Shown here piece after piece: positions 11,608 through 24,336 of a stretch of 64,000 bases of DNA; the first letter of the stretch is position 1; every line of letters begins with the position of its first letter. Source of the DNA: Octopus vulgaris (taxonomy: Eukaryota). The DNA is taken from assembly GCA_951406725.2 (NCBI GenBank), contig OX597820.1, positions 30,504,001 through 30,568,000 on the forward strand, read 5' to 3'. The position numbers and the translations under genes are program-made. The notes under the pieces were generated by a model. It was not told the DNA's origin. It made no database searches and saw only the letters and a program-made list of their open reading frames with translations.

Positions 11608-11767
11608 CTTTCTTTTTAGCGCCCTTATTTGCATCTTCTGCAACTGCACCATTCTCCTTATTCTCTTTGGCACTGTCATCTCCTCCAGAGTCATTCTGGC
11701 CATTTGATGATGGTACAGGAGAGTGTGTGTTGTTAGAGGATCGTGCTGATTTCTTTGTAACTTGAAG
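11608..11767 (-). CDS. LARP1: LARP1 exon 4 (160 nt, phase 0 to 1): LQVTKK...DSGGDDSAKENKEN...KGAKKK
   Basis: TTTTACAG acceptor and AAG|GTTTGT donor. Open frame with phases matching both neighbours. The ORF track shows a different frame here. Confidence 0.85.
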
Positions 11768-12222
11768 CTGTAAAACATTTAAGAAAATGCTATCTTATCT
11801 GAACACAGTAAACTGTATATGTCACAATATATGGATTCAGTAATCCGGTATTACTCAAAAAAAGCTCCTTAATGCATCATTCTACAAAACATAGAATATA
11901 TATAGCATGATACAAGAGAAAACGGTAAGGAATATATAAAGTCATAAATGACGTAGCTTAAATTCTGCATTATTTTGAAGAATTTTTTTACAATTTTGCA
12001 TTAATGCAGGCATGTAAATTATTTATTATCAAATATAATAATTCAATGAATCTGATGGTGAAGCAATTATGACAAATTCAGACTAAAATGGTGGGAAGAA
12101 ACACAAGACTGGGAAAAATTTATATTCAAAAGATAAGGGACGAGGTTTTGAACCAAGAAATTAAAATTAAAAAAAAGCATTGAAGAGGAGAAAGAAAAGC
12201 AAAACAACAAAAACCAACTTAC

Positions 12223-12318
12223 ATCAGTTACTTCACTTAAAGCAGGCCAATTGTCATCATGAAAGCCATTAGAACCATCCATATCTGTAGTTGCTGCCAG
12301 TGTTGGTGTGAGGCGAGA
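12223..12318 (-). CDS. LARP1: LARP1 exon 3 (96 nt, phase 0-0): SRLTPTLAATTDMDGSNGFHDDNWPALSEVTD
   Basis: TTTCCAG acceptor and GAT|GTAAGT donor. The F-x-D-x-NWP motif corresponds to LARP1 DFGDAINWPTPGE. Confidence 0.88.
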
Positions 12319-13462
12319 CTGGAAATAAATAAATCTTACTTAGTAATGGAATAAAATAGGGATGTAAAAGGGGTGGAGCATTTTGGTTATTTAGTAGAAA
12401 TCCAGTTTCCCACTGAGCTTTTCTAAATAAGATAACTCTTTAAATATTGTCTATTTATCATCATGATGGTTATATTCAAGGATTGGGGGGGGGGGTCATC
12501 ACAAATACCCCTTCCTGACAATAAGAGAACAAGACCTACCTCAAGTTTAATGAACATTACAAAGCGCACTAATTAATCTATGGTGCTTAAGGAGACAGTA
12601 CATTGGCTTTTAATAATCAGTCCAGCAATTTAGCCTTCTACCAAAGCTTCATAAGAAAGAAGGAAAAGAAAATCTCCAAAATAGACATATCTATTAATAA
12701 GGGGGGTGCTCCAGCACTGCCAGTCAGGTGATTGAAACCTATGCAAGCATACATCAGTGGATGGACAAAATAATCTGCAGCATTTGGTTGCATGCCAAGT
12801 CGACTTTTATTTTAATTTCCCCACTTCCTAGATCATTAAAATAACACCAATCCACAAGAAATGAGATTGATTAAACCTCTTGTGACCTTGAAGGTGGTGG
12901 TCCAGTATTACCACAATTACCCTTTATGTAAAAATGTAATGAGATGTTGTGATACTCCCATCAGAATCAGCTAAATAAAGTGATTTCAATCAAGAATCCA
13001 GACTAGACAATAGATTGTATTTTTAATAGGTGCAGGCATTAGCTAAGATGTTAAGAAGTTTGTTCCCCGGCATGTTTTCAGGTTTAGTCCCATTGCCTAG
13101 GTTGGCCAAAGACTTGTGAGGTGACTTGATAGATGGAAACTGAGACAAGCTCACAGTATACACATGTCTTAAGTATTTTTGTGCATGTGTACATGTTTAC
13201 ATTTGTACACTTCCAAAAAATTGCTGGGTTGCACCATTACATGAAAAACAGGTAGTGGTTGGCAACAGAAAAAGCATCTGGTAGTAAAGCAATGCCTCAA
13301 TAAGATGGTCTAACACACGCTAGCTTGGAAAAATGAATATAAAAAACAAACATTAATTACTACCAATGTAACCCACCACATAACAAATATGCAAAAAACA
13401 GAACCAAACAAACACTAGCCAATGAGAGAGTCTCTGTACAGTTGCTCATCATCCATTGTCAT

Positions 13463-13680
13463 CACTTAACATCCATTTTTCCATGTGGCATGGTTCAGAC
13501 AGAATTTTGTTAAGGCAGATTTTCTATAACTGGATGCCTTTCCTATTGCCAATCTCCACCTATTACAAAGCAAGGTGATATTCCCCCATGAACAGATATG
13601 CTTTCCATGGAAGACTGGAAACAAACATCACTTGCATAATGGCAATGCTCATTCTACTACCACTATGATGAGGGTAGATA
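13463..13680 (-). mobile_element. Older RTE-tail-related repeat (family C; also 16360-16515+, 18560-, 20120-, 20885-, 35060+, 39540+, 57005+, 61980+)
   Basis: Shared consensus TTGCTTGGAAACAGG...GGCAACAGGAAGGGCATC...AAAATCT...GCATGGAAAAGTGGA. Confidence 0.7.
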
Positions 13681-13900
13681 CATCCACCTATAGGACATAT
13701 GGGCAACAAGTCCATTGCAGGGTTAACACTTGGATGCTGTTGATATTCATTTTCAGCTGAGCGAACTGAAAGTGAAATGATGTGCCCTGTACAGAGATGG
13801 TGCATTGTCTAGTCCTGGAAGTCTTGGATCATTGAGGTTCAGCCTGCAATAGATAGCTAGTTAACAGTAGTTTTACACTGAAGAAAAGTAACTCACTCAC

Positions 13901-13950
13901 CTTGGGCACATCTACTTTCTTATCTTGTGTAATTTTAATAACTTTTGTTT
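13901..13950 (-). CDS. LARP1: LARP1 exon 2 (50 nt, phase 1 to 0): ETKVIKITQDKKVDVPK
   Basis: Acceptor CCTTTTCCTTTTTTAG and donor AAG|GTGAGT. It supplies exactly the phase change needed between exon 1 and exon 3. Not in the ORF track. Confidence 0.85.
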
Positions 13951-14049
13951 CTAAAAAAGGAAAAGGAAAAAAACAATTAAGTAAATTTTTAATGACAAAT
14001 CATTTTCACAAACTTAACATTTTTTTAAGGCATGGAAAAACATTAACAG

Positions 14050-14420
14050 CATTGTAATATGTGATCCAGCAGATCCAGATAAGACAAGGTCCATGGATGA
14101 CCAACTGATTAAACACATACATAAAAACATGAAAAGCACAGTTAGTGTTAAAGGCAGCACATCAGAGATGCCATCAACACTTGCAGGTATATTCTATGGA
14201 GAGCTAAGTGACTGGAAGAAGACTAACAGGCTGTCCCATCTGCATTATAAAGATTTCTACAAGAGAGGCACAAAGATTTTTGACATCAACACCAATTGCT
14301 GAAAGGCTGTCGCAACTAATAGCATGAAGTAGAAACACGTTGCACCACCACCAAGTTAGGTAACAGAAACTGACAGACATTGCAGTAAGTAAAGAAGGCT
14401 CACAGAACGCTACAACATAG
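14050..14420 (+). mobile_element. Degenerate RTE/BovB-like LINE fragment
   Basis: IFYGELSDWKKTNRLSHLHYKDFYKRGTKIFDINTNC resembles the RTE C-terminal YGEL..G.R..GRP.LRYKD..KR. Confidence 0.7.
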
Positions 14421-17400
14421 GCACACCTGAAGCCATATAAAAATAACCATAGTCAGCCCTGCCTAAATATGGTAACAAACAAGGTATCACCTGCATAGTA
14501 ATCAAACATGTTAGAAATAGCTAAATATTTCTAAGACTACAACCTACTGTCCTAACACTGCTCCAAAAAATATAAAAAGAGGAAGGTAAATGTAGTCTCA
14601 AATATACTGTGGCTGAATGAAAATATAAGATCACAACTGTTTAATTAGAACTGACCTGGGATTATAACACAAAACACTCCATATTGAAGACTATATAAAA
14701 TATTTGTGCAAAATGGCTAGGAACATGGTATTTTTTAATGAAACAAAAACACGAAGGATTTCAAAATGTGTATAAAAACTCACATGCTAACAGCTGATGA
14801 AATACAAATTAAAACTATGCCTATCACAAAAGTATATGATACAAAGGCAAATAAAAGTAGACTAAATCCAAAAACAGCTGATGGCTTCCCACTATCAATG
14901 TTTCAATCAGCATAATAAGAAAATATATGAAAAAAGAAAGTCTATCAGCAGGGCACCTGTTATATATTTATATCCTATGAGTATATACAAGAGCAAGTAT
15001 GATTGAGTGGTCTAAAAGATTGCTTCACAACCATATGGTTTTAAATTTAATTCTGTGACAACTTGGGTGTCTTCTTTGCAAGTTGACCAATGCATTGTTA
15101 GTGGTATTCAGTAAATAAAAACTAAAAGGAAATCTATTACACGGAAAGAGAAGGGAGGATAGATATGTATGTGTGAAACAATGAAACCAGTGACATTTAT
15201 GTCCAACAGATTTACATACTAGTAGAAAAAGTACCTTACAGGGAAGGGGAAATGCTAATGTAAAAAAAAGGGACATTCAGCCATGGAGTACTGCTTCAAG
15301 AAGTAAATTCATCTAATCCATACCAGCATGGAAAAGCTGAGTGTCATAACCAAAAATCCCTGTTGTTAAAATACCAAACACACACTATGGTTGCAATGGC
15401 TCTACTGTATAAGGAATATAATGCTGGATTACCGTTGAAGTAGTCAGACCTGCTGCCATATACTTTGCTCTGGGTAAGGTATTGAGATTTATGTTATCTC
15501 AGATCATTCAGCTGTTGTGTATAAGGGGAAAATTCTTCTTGAGTCACTGAAACCTAATATTGATCAAATTCCTTTGGATCTTTGAGATTCAAGAGTTAAC
15601 TAGCAAGTGGGATGTTACAAGAAAGAGGAGTATATTATGCATACATGCAATGCATCAGCATGACACTTATATTAGCAATATGAGGTAACCCAGGCAGAGG
15701 AAAATGTGATGATATCATATTTCAGGATTCTGATCACGAAGGATTGTATGGATGGAAAAATATACATTACAATAGACACAGTGTTGGAAGGGAAGAAAAC
15801 AAAAGCCAAAAAACATTAAAACAATGATTATGGAAGTGCCAGTGAGACATGGCTAGTGTTATGAATACAGCATACAATTTTGCTTGAATATCCAAACACC
15901 ATCAAAACAACTGTTTCCACAGAATTACTTTAGCTTGATCATTGTAACACATATCAATAAAGCAGTCTACAGCAGAAAGTATAAATCAAACAAATATGAC
16001 ATGTAAAACAAGTTCCTGTTTACACAGATATTTTACATGCATGTATATTTACTAGGACCAACTCGACCAACAACCTTCAGCATTCTAAAATGAAATCAAT
16101 TCTACATTACTGATATTTATTAGAGGCACAGCTATGGCTGTGTAGTAAGAAATTTGCTTCTTTGCATGGGTCTAGGTTTTGGCACCTTGAGCAAGTGTCT
16201 TTTACTATAGCTCCCTGCTGACCAAAGCCCTGTGAATGAATTTGGTAGATGGAAACTAAAATGCCCATTGCATACTGCTCCATGTGATAGTTGCAAACAA
16301 ATGACACTATGGTGCAAGCAGCGTTCTTTGCTTACCTTCTGTAAAAACCTATCAGGCTGGTGGGGGTTGGGAAATATTACCTTGCTTGGAAACAGGTTCA
16401 GAGCTGGCAGCAAGAAGGGTATTTGGCTGCAGAAAAATCCACCTCAACAAATTCCATCTGACCCATGCAAGCAAGGATAAGTGAACGTTAAAAGATGCTG
16501 CTGCTGATGACGATGACAGAATTGATAAATATACTAGTAATAAACTAAGGCCAACGCAGCCACTCTCCACATGCAAAACTATTTTCTGCTTAGTCATAAA
16601 TCAATTATTGCTATGAATTGACGCAATGATGTAATGATTAAGACAACACCTGGCACTAAGTTTCATACATATTTGTGTTTAGCTGCAAGAGATTTTGTTT
16701 TGACCTTGGGCAAGATGTTTTATTTATATATATTTTAGTCACGTAGGAATATAGGGTCTTTGAGACTGGTGAGTGGGAGTGAGGGAGGAATGTACTCTCA
16801 AACCATAGACTGTGCTTGAATGCTTACAAGCTTACAACATGGTGGGCTTTGCCAAAGCCAACCAAGGTGCTTGGTGGTGGTGTTAAACAAGGCAACATAT
16901 TAACCAAGTAGGTCATGGGGTGGAATTTTAACCCAGAACAAATACCACAAGGTACTAAACCTGACGTTCTCACAGTTCTGTCAATTCACTACCCCAGATT
17001 AATGTACTTTTCTTTTTTTCAATTCTGAAAGGACGAAAAGGCAAAATTGACCCTAGCAGGATTTGAACTCTGAGCACATATGGTCAGAACAAATACCACA
17101 AAGATTTCTATCCAGCACACATGACTATCAATTCACCAAGTATTATCTCCAATAGTACATCTGCAAATTGGGGGGAAATGCTAAACTGACAGTACTGTCC
17201 TATGCTCTTTAAGCTTTTAGTTCAAATAACACATGAAAATAAGTACCACCAACTGAACCCTTCCATTACAAATACTGACCTGGTCAAAAGAAGCCATCAT
17301 TACTAAGGGATCAACTTTGCCTTTATAAGGGTTAATAGCTGATAAAATAAATACAAATCAACTACAGAAACCTCTTAAATTGATCAATATCTTTCCAACA

Positions 17401-18915
17401 AAACACTGATAGTAACTGAAATAATTAGTCAAAATTATTGGTTTTAGGCCCTGGTTAAATTTTCGTCTGTCTTCAATACCTCTCCCCAGGGGCACAAGTG
17501 CCATAACCCTGCTTTCTCACTCCATTAATGGGATAGCCTGCACACACACAAATTCAAGTAGTTCTACTACTACTACCACTACCACCACCACCCACAGATG
17601 AGCAAATAAGTTTACAATTCACTCTCAGCTGAAATAGCTTTTACTCATCATAATGCCCTTGGGAAAGGCATGAATGTTACACCTTCCTGGATCCTTTTTA
17701 AGAAACTGTTACAGAAATACTAATTTAAATATTTCCCAGAAACAACTGCCAGTAGTTTTAGGCTACCATATGGCTTAGTTTATGAACAACAAAAAAATGC
17801 AGTGTCAGCATACTATCACAACAGTCCTAGTATGTTCCTATACTGCTATATATATATGTATATTTCTACACTGATGCACACAGGGAGATTGGCTGCTATT
17901 TCTAGCACATAAAAAATAACAAAGCATCTTAAATATAAAGAAAAATAAATGCCATGCTATTCTCACCTATTTATTACGTTTTTTTAAATACTGGGAAACA
18001 CCTAATTTGCGTGTGTGTGTATCTCAAATGCGTTATAATAGCCTAGGCAAGGTATGGATAACTGAAAACACAAGCAGCCAAACAGCCAACATGTACAGCA
18101 GCTATTACTGATAGCAGAGTGTGTGTATGTGTGAAACAATGATCAAACAGCTGCCACAAATAGCTTGCAGGGTTCCTGTAGGGATATACAAGTAAGGTGT
18201 GTGTACATGTGCATAGATGTGAAGATTGAATATGTGTACAGCTACATGTATATGCAAGCAAGTACAAGTGTGTGTAATTGTTATTGAAATTTAACACTCA
18301 GTAAGAAGGTTTGATTAAACAGGCATATATTCATTCATACAATTTAAACATGTCATTTTGTATTTAAGGACCAGCATTATCTAATGTACCTTGTAAAGCA
18401 GGATTTGAGGAAGATTTGAATGTTGTTTTGAGCAACCACACAGAGGATCCGCTACTGCCTCACAGAATAGGTTATCAGTCCAGCCACATGATATCTGTGA
18501 GATGTTCCGCTGTATTATTAGAGCCAATTTAAAATAACTGATACTTGTTATTACTTCCTCCTTTTCCATATCAGCACGAGTCAGATGGAATTCATTGAGG
18601 CAGATGTCCTTTCTGCAGCAAACCATCACCTGCTCCCAAGCATGGTAATATTTCCCCATTGCCAGACATGCTTTCACAGAAGATTGAAAGTGAAGGATAT
18701 GCTCATACGATAGCCATGCTCATTCACGACTATCATGCAATGTCAAAACAAGGAGATACTAATACACAACATGATTCTTTCAGTTTCCATACTCACAAGG
18801 CTTTGCTCAGCTCAGGGGTATAGAAAATAAAGCGGGATAGAACCTGAAACCATGTGACTGGGAAGTAAATTTTTCAGCCACACAGATATGCTTGTGGCAG
18901 TGATAGTAGTTGTAT

Positions 18916-19140
18916 TTAACCCTTTTGATACCAACCTGCCTGAGACCACTCATAGTTAGTTCTATGTTACAGGCATCCTCTTTGAAAACCATCTCAACTG
19001 AAACCATATCAAAACTTCCATGTTTTCCCAATACCAGTTTAATAATGACAAAATTATTTCATTAAAGTTTTTATTATTTCCAAAACTGATTGAAACAAAG
19101 GTAGTGTATTTCAACAGAAAAACAGTAACAAAAGAGTTAA
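18916..19140. mobile_element. piggyBac-type MITE family 2 (also 1585-1739, about 27130-27334, 25835-25985, 40038-40225)
   Basis: Reads TTAACCCTTTTGATACC...GTAACAAAAGAGTTAA. The termini are related to those of the 4080-5341 element. Confidence 0.75.
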
Positions 19141-21294
19141 TTAGTTAATATTTTATATCACATTTCGTGAACAATAGCATTCTTAATCAGGTTTTCCAAT
19201 GAGTCAATCATTAGTTTACAACAGTTCTTATGGAAAGTGACAAAAGATTGTCAGTGTGCCTTGGGAATATATATCATGCTATTTTTATATTATCCTGGTC
19301 TTTACATGTTTCGCATATCAACATTGAGATATATACACACACACACATAAAATGACTAAGCTGTAACACCTGCCAATTTAGAATCTCATAACCTAAGGAG
19401 ACTCAGATAAAGACCCAACTCATTTCTGTCAATGATAATGATGAAGCATAACTACAGTCCTATATTCATAAGACCAATTACAAATAAAGTTTGGACACCA
19501 TGATTTCATATCAGTATAATGCATAACCAAGAAGAACACACATGCACACTGAAAAGACAATATGGTTATCCATGTGAAGGAAAAGAATTAAAGCTTACAT
19601 ATACATTAACAAGCAAAGTAGCTCATTAACAAAAAGGTGGCTAACAATGTGCTTCACACTCAATATATATTGCAAGAGGAGAGAGAACTCCCTACTATCC
19701 CAGCTATCGAGACCATCAGACCATGCAGTTTCAACCTTATTATGGTCATCTTTGGTGATGGACATTCTTCTGCTAGACAAATAGTTCACCCCAGCTTGCA
19801 ATATATAGAAAATAAGTGACACACAGTCACTGATTTTGCAGCAAGTAAATTAGCTCATTAAAAAAATCTCTATAAGAGACAAAAACAGTATCTATACTGA
19901 GAAGAAATGTTAATTGCCATCTAAACATGGGTGTTCTCTAAGAATGGATAACACTGCTATTTTAACTCCAGGAAGACACCTCCTCCTTTGCAATATATAG
20001 ATGCAAAGTGCACCAGCAACCAGCTGGAGGAGGCATCCTCTTGAGGCGAAAATAGCAGTATTGTCTGTTCTTAGAAAACACTCATGTTTAGATGGCAATA
20101 AACATTACTATATATAATTTAACCTCCACTTTTCCATAGGTCAGACAGAATTTGTTGAGGCAAATTTTTCATGGTTGAATGTCGTTCCTGCAGCCAATTC
20201 TGACGTGTTTCCAAGCAAGATATTTCCCATGGCCAGACATGTTTTCCTTGGAAGATTGAAAACAAACAATATTGTCTGTATGACGGTTGAATATCAGGAC
20301 AAGAGTACAAACACATTATATATATATGCCACACAGTGGGACTGAATCCAAGATATGGTTGGAAAGGAAACTTTTTAACTATGTACCCACACTAGCACAT
20401 CAATATTTTACAAGCATGTCCTGGGTAGATTATTTGAACAGTTGTTTTTATAGCTTGATGTCTTTTCTATTGCTAATCATTCAATCACAAAAACAGAATG
20501 GAGCATGGTTTTTGTTTAGTTGGCACAACATATCTTAAGACTATGTGATCATTTTGTAACCCATATTTAAACCTTGTTTTTACATGAAATGGTAGTACTG
20601 ATGGCCATAAGGCCAAACTATTTCAGATCATCTTGTGCACCATTTAAGATAGGACAGTCATTTCAGCTAAACATACACCATTTCACATACAGACTGCTTT
20701 ACAGTAAGAAGTGTGATCACCTACAACAAAATTGCTAACAATATGATCAAAATTTAAGACTGGAAAACAAATATACAATCATAACAGTATAGTAAAGAGA
20801 GTTTCTTTGCCCGGCCCACCTAACAGCCAGATCAACCAGTGTGATGTTTCTTGTGGTTGAGTGGCTTCCAAACACAAATTTCATCAATCATCATCCACTT
20901 AATATCCACTTCTCCATGCTTGCATGGGTTGGATGTAATTCATTGATGCAGATTTTTTCTAAGGCTGGGTGCCCTTCCTGTCGATGACCCTCACCCATTT
21001 CCAAGTAAAGTAATATTCTCCCATGGCTAAACGTGTTTCCATGGAAGACTAGAAATACAGTCACTGCTTGTATGATGATGATCATTGACAAGTATCACAA
21101 AATATCAAAATAAGACACTAATTCACACAAACATATGGCAGGCTTCAGTCAGCCTGGGACTACAGTTGAAGACACTTGCCGAAGGTGCTACACAGTGGGA
21201 CCTGAAGCCATAGTTGGGGAAGGCTACTTCTTATACAGCCATACCTGTGCCTAATTTCTGCACATTAATTATACACATGATCTTATTTTTAATA

Positions 21295-21740
21295 TGTTCT
21301 ACTCGTTAGATTGTAGCCATGCTGGGGCACTGCCTTGAAGAATTTTAGTCAAATGAATTGACTTCAGTGCTTTTTTCTAAAAAGCCCAATACCCTATCAG
21401 TATATTTTGCTGAAGCACTATGTTACAGAGATGAAAACACACCAGCACCAGGTATCAAGCAATGGTGGGGCACAAACAAATTCAAAGACACATCAGATCA
21501 TCATCATCATTTAGCGTCCGTTTTAAATGATGATGATCTGTATGTGTCTTTGAATACAGATATGCATATATATATATGACAGGTTTCTTTCAGTTTCCAC
21601 CAACCAAATCCACACACAAGGCTTTGGTTGGCCCAAGGCTGTAGTAGAAGACACTTGCCCAAGTTGCCATGTAGGGCGACTGAACCCAGAACCACATGGT
21701 TGGGAAACAAACTTCTTACCACACAGCCTCACCTACATAT
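21295..21740 (-). mobile_element. SINE family A copy (further partial copies near 13030, 16125, 34700, 36270, 39340, 41700, 53155, 56850)
   Basis: Reverse complement of the family A head, core and tail. Confidence 0.8.
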
Positions 21741-22312
21741 AAAAACTTCAATTAATTTGGCCTGGAAGAAGGTGTTTTGCAGCCAATGATTGCAAGAAAA
21801 ATGAGCTGAAAGAAATTCCAGAGAGTTGACATTCTGAAAAGAAATGACTAGATGTAGTGGTTAGAGGAGTACCAGTGGGATTGAACACAATGTGGGTGAT
21901 AGGAAGAGGAGAGATGAATGAATGTCAGAGTAGAGACCAATCAGCAATGGGGAGTGGGGGCCAACTGTAGTTATGGCAGAAATGAAACAACACATCTGTG
22001 GGCCAGAGTGTTTACAAGTGACTGCAACATTAATTACAGATGAAAGATCTTAATTTTGAAGGCACAACATAGCTCGACTAAACTGAAATAAGAATGCTAA
22101 TTTGTAGTATAGCATTGCCTCATTTCAAATGCGTAGACTCTTTGCTTAAATTTTAATTCCAGCATGATATTTGAATACAAGGAAAAACTGTATGTATGCC
22201 TTCAACAATCTTAACCTGGCTCTTTGATAAAAATATATAAATATAAAAAATAAAAATAGCCAATATAAAATCATTTTTGGATAAATGAAAATATGGTTGG
22301 GCAAATTGTTCT

Positions 22313-22515
22313 TTAACCCAGCCATATCCAACCCAAATATTCAACCAGTTTTAAGCCAGCTGGTTCTGGCCTCTCACACCTATCCTGCAATGTCATTCTC
22401 ATAATATAATCACCTCACTGAAATCTTGATGCTACAATATAATGCACGATTAATTCAAAACAATGTGAATAAATAAGCATTACATTTGACAGTAATCTGA
22501 GTGCTAAAGGGTTAA
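22313..22515. mobile_element. piggyBac-type MITE family 1 (also 1996-2195, 6067-6245, 8884-9111, 28143-28372, 30329-30440, 38366-38576)
   Basis: About 200-230 bp. Family termini TTAA-CCCTTTAGCATT...AATGCTAAAGGG-TTAA with a conserved body. Confidence 0.8.
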
Positions 22516-23381
22516 ATGTTACTAATTCATATATTTGGAAATAGGGTGGGGAGAGCCCCAGTATGCACAGCACAGTGGTGGGTATTAGGAAGGGCAACAG
22601 TTGTAGAAACTATGCCAAAGTAGACAGTGGAACATGATGTAGCCCTTAGACCTGCCACATCCTGTCAAACTGCTCACCCTTTGCCAGCAAGGATCATGGG
22701 TGTAAAATATAAGGATGTCGACAAATTTTTAAAATATATCTCAGTATTTAAATAGGTACACCATGTCTTTTATATACTGTTGGAAGCTATTAAAAGGGTT
22801 TTCAATAAAAAGGACACCTGGACATAAAACAGTTTTAGAAAACCTGTCCAACTCATTCATACCAACATGGAAAAGCAGACAGAATGATGACAACAATGCA
22901 AATAATATTGTTTTCTACTCTAGGCACAAGGTCTGAAATTTTGGGGGAAGGGAGTCGATTAGATTGACCCCCAAAAGGATGAAAGTCGACCTCGGTGGAA
23001 TTTGAACTCAGTATGCAAAGGCAGACGAAATATCGCTAAGCATTTCACTCAACATGTTGAAGTTTCTGCCAGCTCACCGTCTAACAATGCAAATAAAACT
23101 AGTGACAGTAAAAGTGCATGTGTATCACTATCTAGACTTTTAAAACCATCAGATTTTAAAACATCAATATCCGATTCATATAAATTAAACATATGCTACA
23201 CATAATTGTTATGCTTAGAGTGGAGTGGGGGTAGGTCCCAAGGACTGAGTCCATAATAGTTAATTATTTTTTTAAATGCAAATGGTGTTAGCAGTTGCTC
23301 ATTACAAGTTAAAAGTACACTTTTCCAAACAAGAATTATTACCAAATTACAAAGCAGTTTTAGATAAGGCTCAGAGTTTTC

Positions 23382-24336
23382 GGATCTTTTCCTTTTGAAC
23401 AGCACATGTCAACACAATTTCTAGTTAACTAAACACTTTAAAACTTCGTATACTGGTAGAATGTGTCAAAATAAAACATTTTTTTCTCTTGGCTTTCTTG
23501 ATAAAATTGTAATTTGTTTGTTTAACGTAGTTTAATTTTTCGAATTTTAACCAATGAATCGCCTCTAGTGAGCTAAAATCATTTGCCGCGTCTAAAACTG
23601 AGACAACATCCTGTCACTAACCCTAAATTTTTTTCTTCTTAATTGTTACGCGTGTAAAAAAAACGAAAGGCTAAAATGAAAGCAATGGAAAATAATTTAA
23701 ACAATTAACAAACAAAATAATTCTATAATTTTATACACACGCTTTTGTATATGTACGTCTAAAACCGAGACAACACCCTCACCCTAACCCTAAATTTTTG
23801 CCTTTCGTTTTTTTTCTTTCTTAATTGTTAAATTAATTTAAGGATAACAATTAAGAAAAAAATAATGAAAGGCTAAAATGAAAGCAATGGAAAATAATTT
23901 AAACAATTAAACAAAATAATTCTATAATTTTATACACACGCTTTTCGTATATGTACGGAAAGCGTGTGTATAAAATTATAGAATTATTTTGTTTGTTAAT
24001 TGTTTAAATTATTTTCCATTGCTTTCATTTCTTTTCTTCTTAATTGTTATCCTTAAATTAATTTAACAATTAAGAAAAAAAAAAACGAAAGGCAAAAATT
24101 TAGGGTTAGGGTGAGGGTGTTGTCTCAGTTTTAAACGCAGCAAATGATTTTTAGCTCAATTAGAGGCGATTCATTGGTTAAAATTCGAAAAATTAAACTA
24201 CGTTAAACAAACGAATACAATTTTATCAAGAAAGCCAAGAGAAAAAAATGTATACATTCTACTAGTATACAAAGTTTTAAAGTGTTTAGTTAACTAGAAA
24301 TTGTGTTGACATGTGCTGTTCAAAAGGAAAAGATCC
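23382..24336. mobile_element. Foldback/Mutator-like palindromic element (955 bp) with 8-bp TSD
   Basis: Ends GGATCTTTTCCTTTTGAACAGCACATGTCAACAC and its exact reverse complement. GAGTTTTC is duplicated at 23374-23381 and 24337-24344. The arms meet near 23950. Internal CCCTAACCCTAA/TTAGGGTTAGGG and a roughly 170-180 bp duplication in the left arm. Confidence 0.9.

Noticed and set aside
19595-19822. ORF considered as a missing LARP1 exon
   Set aside because: No good acceptor/donor pair, and the 13901-13950 exon already restores the phase.
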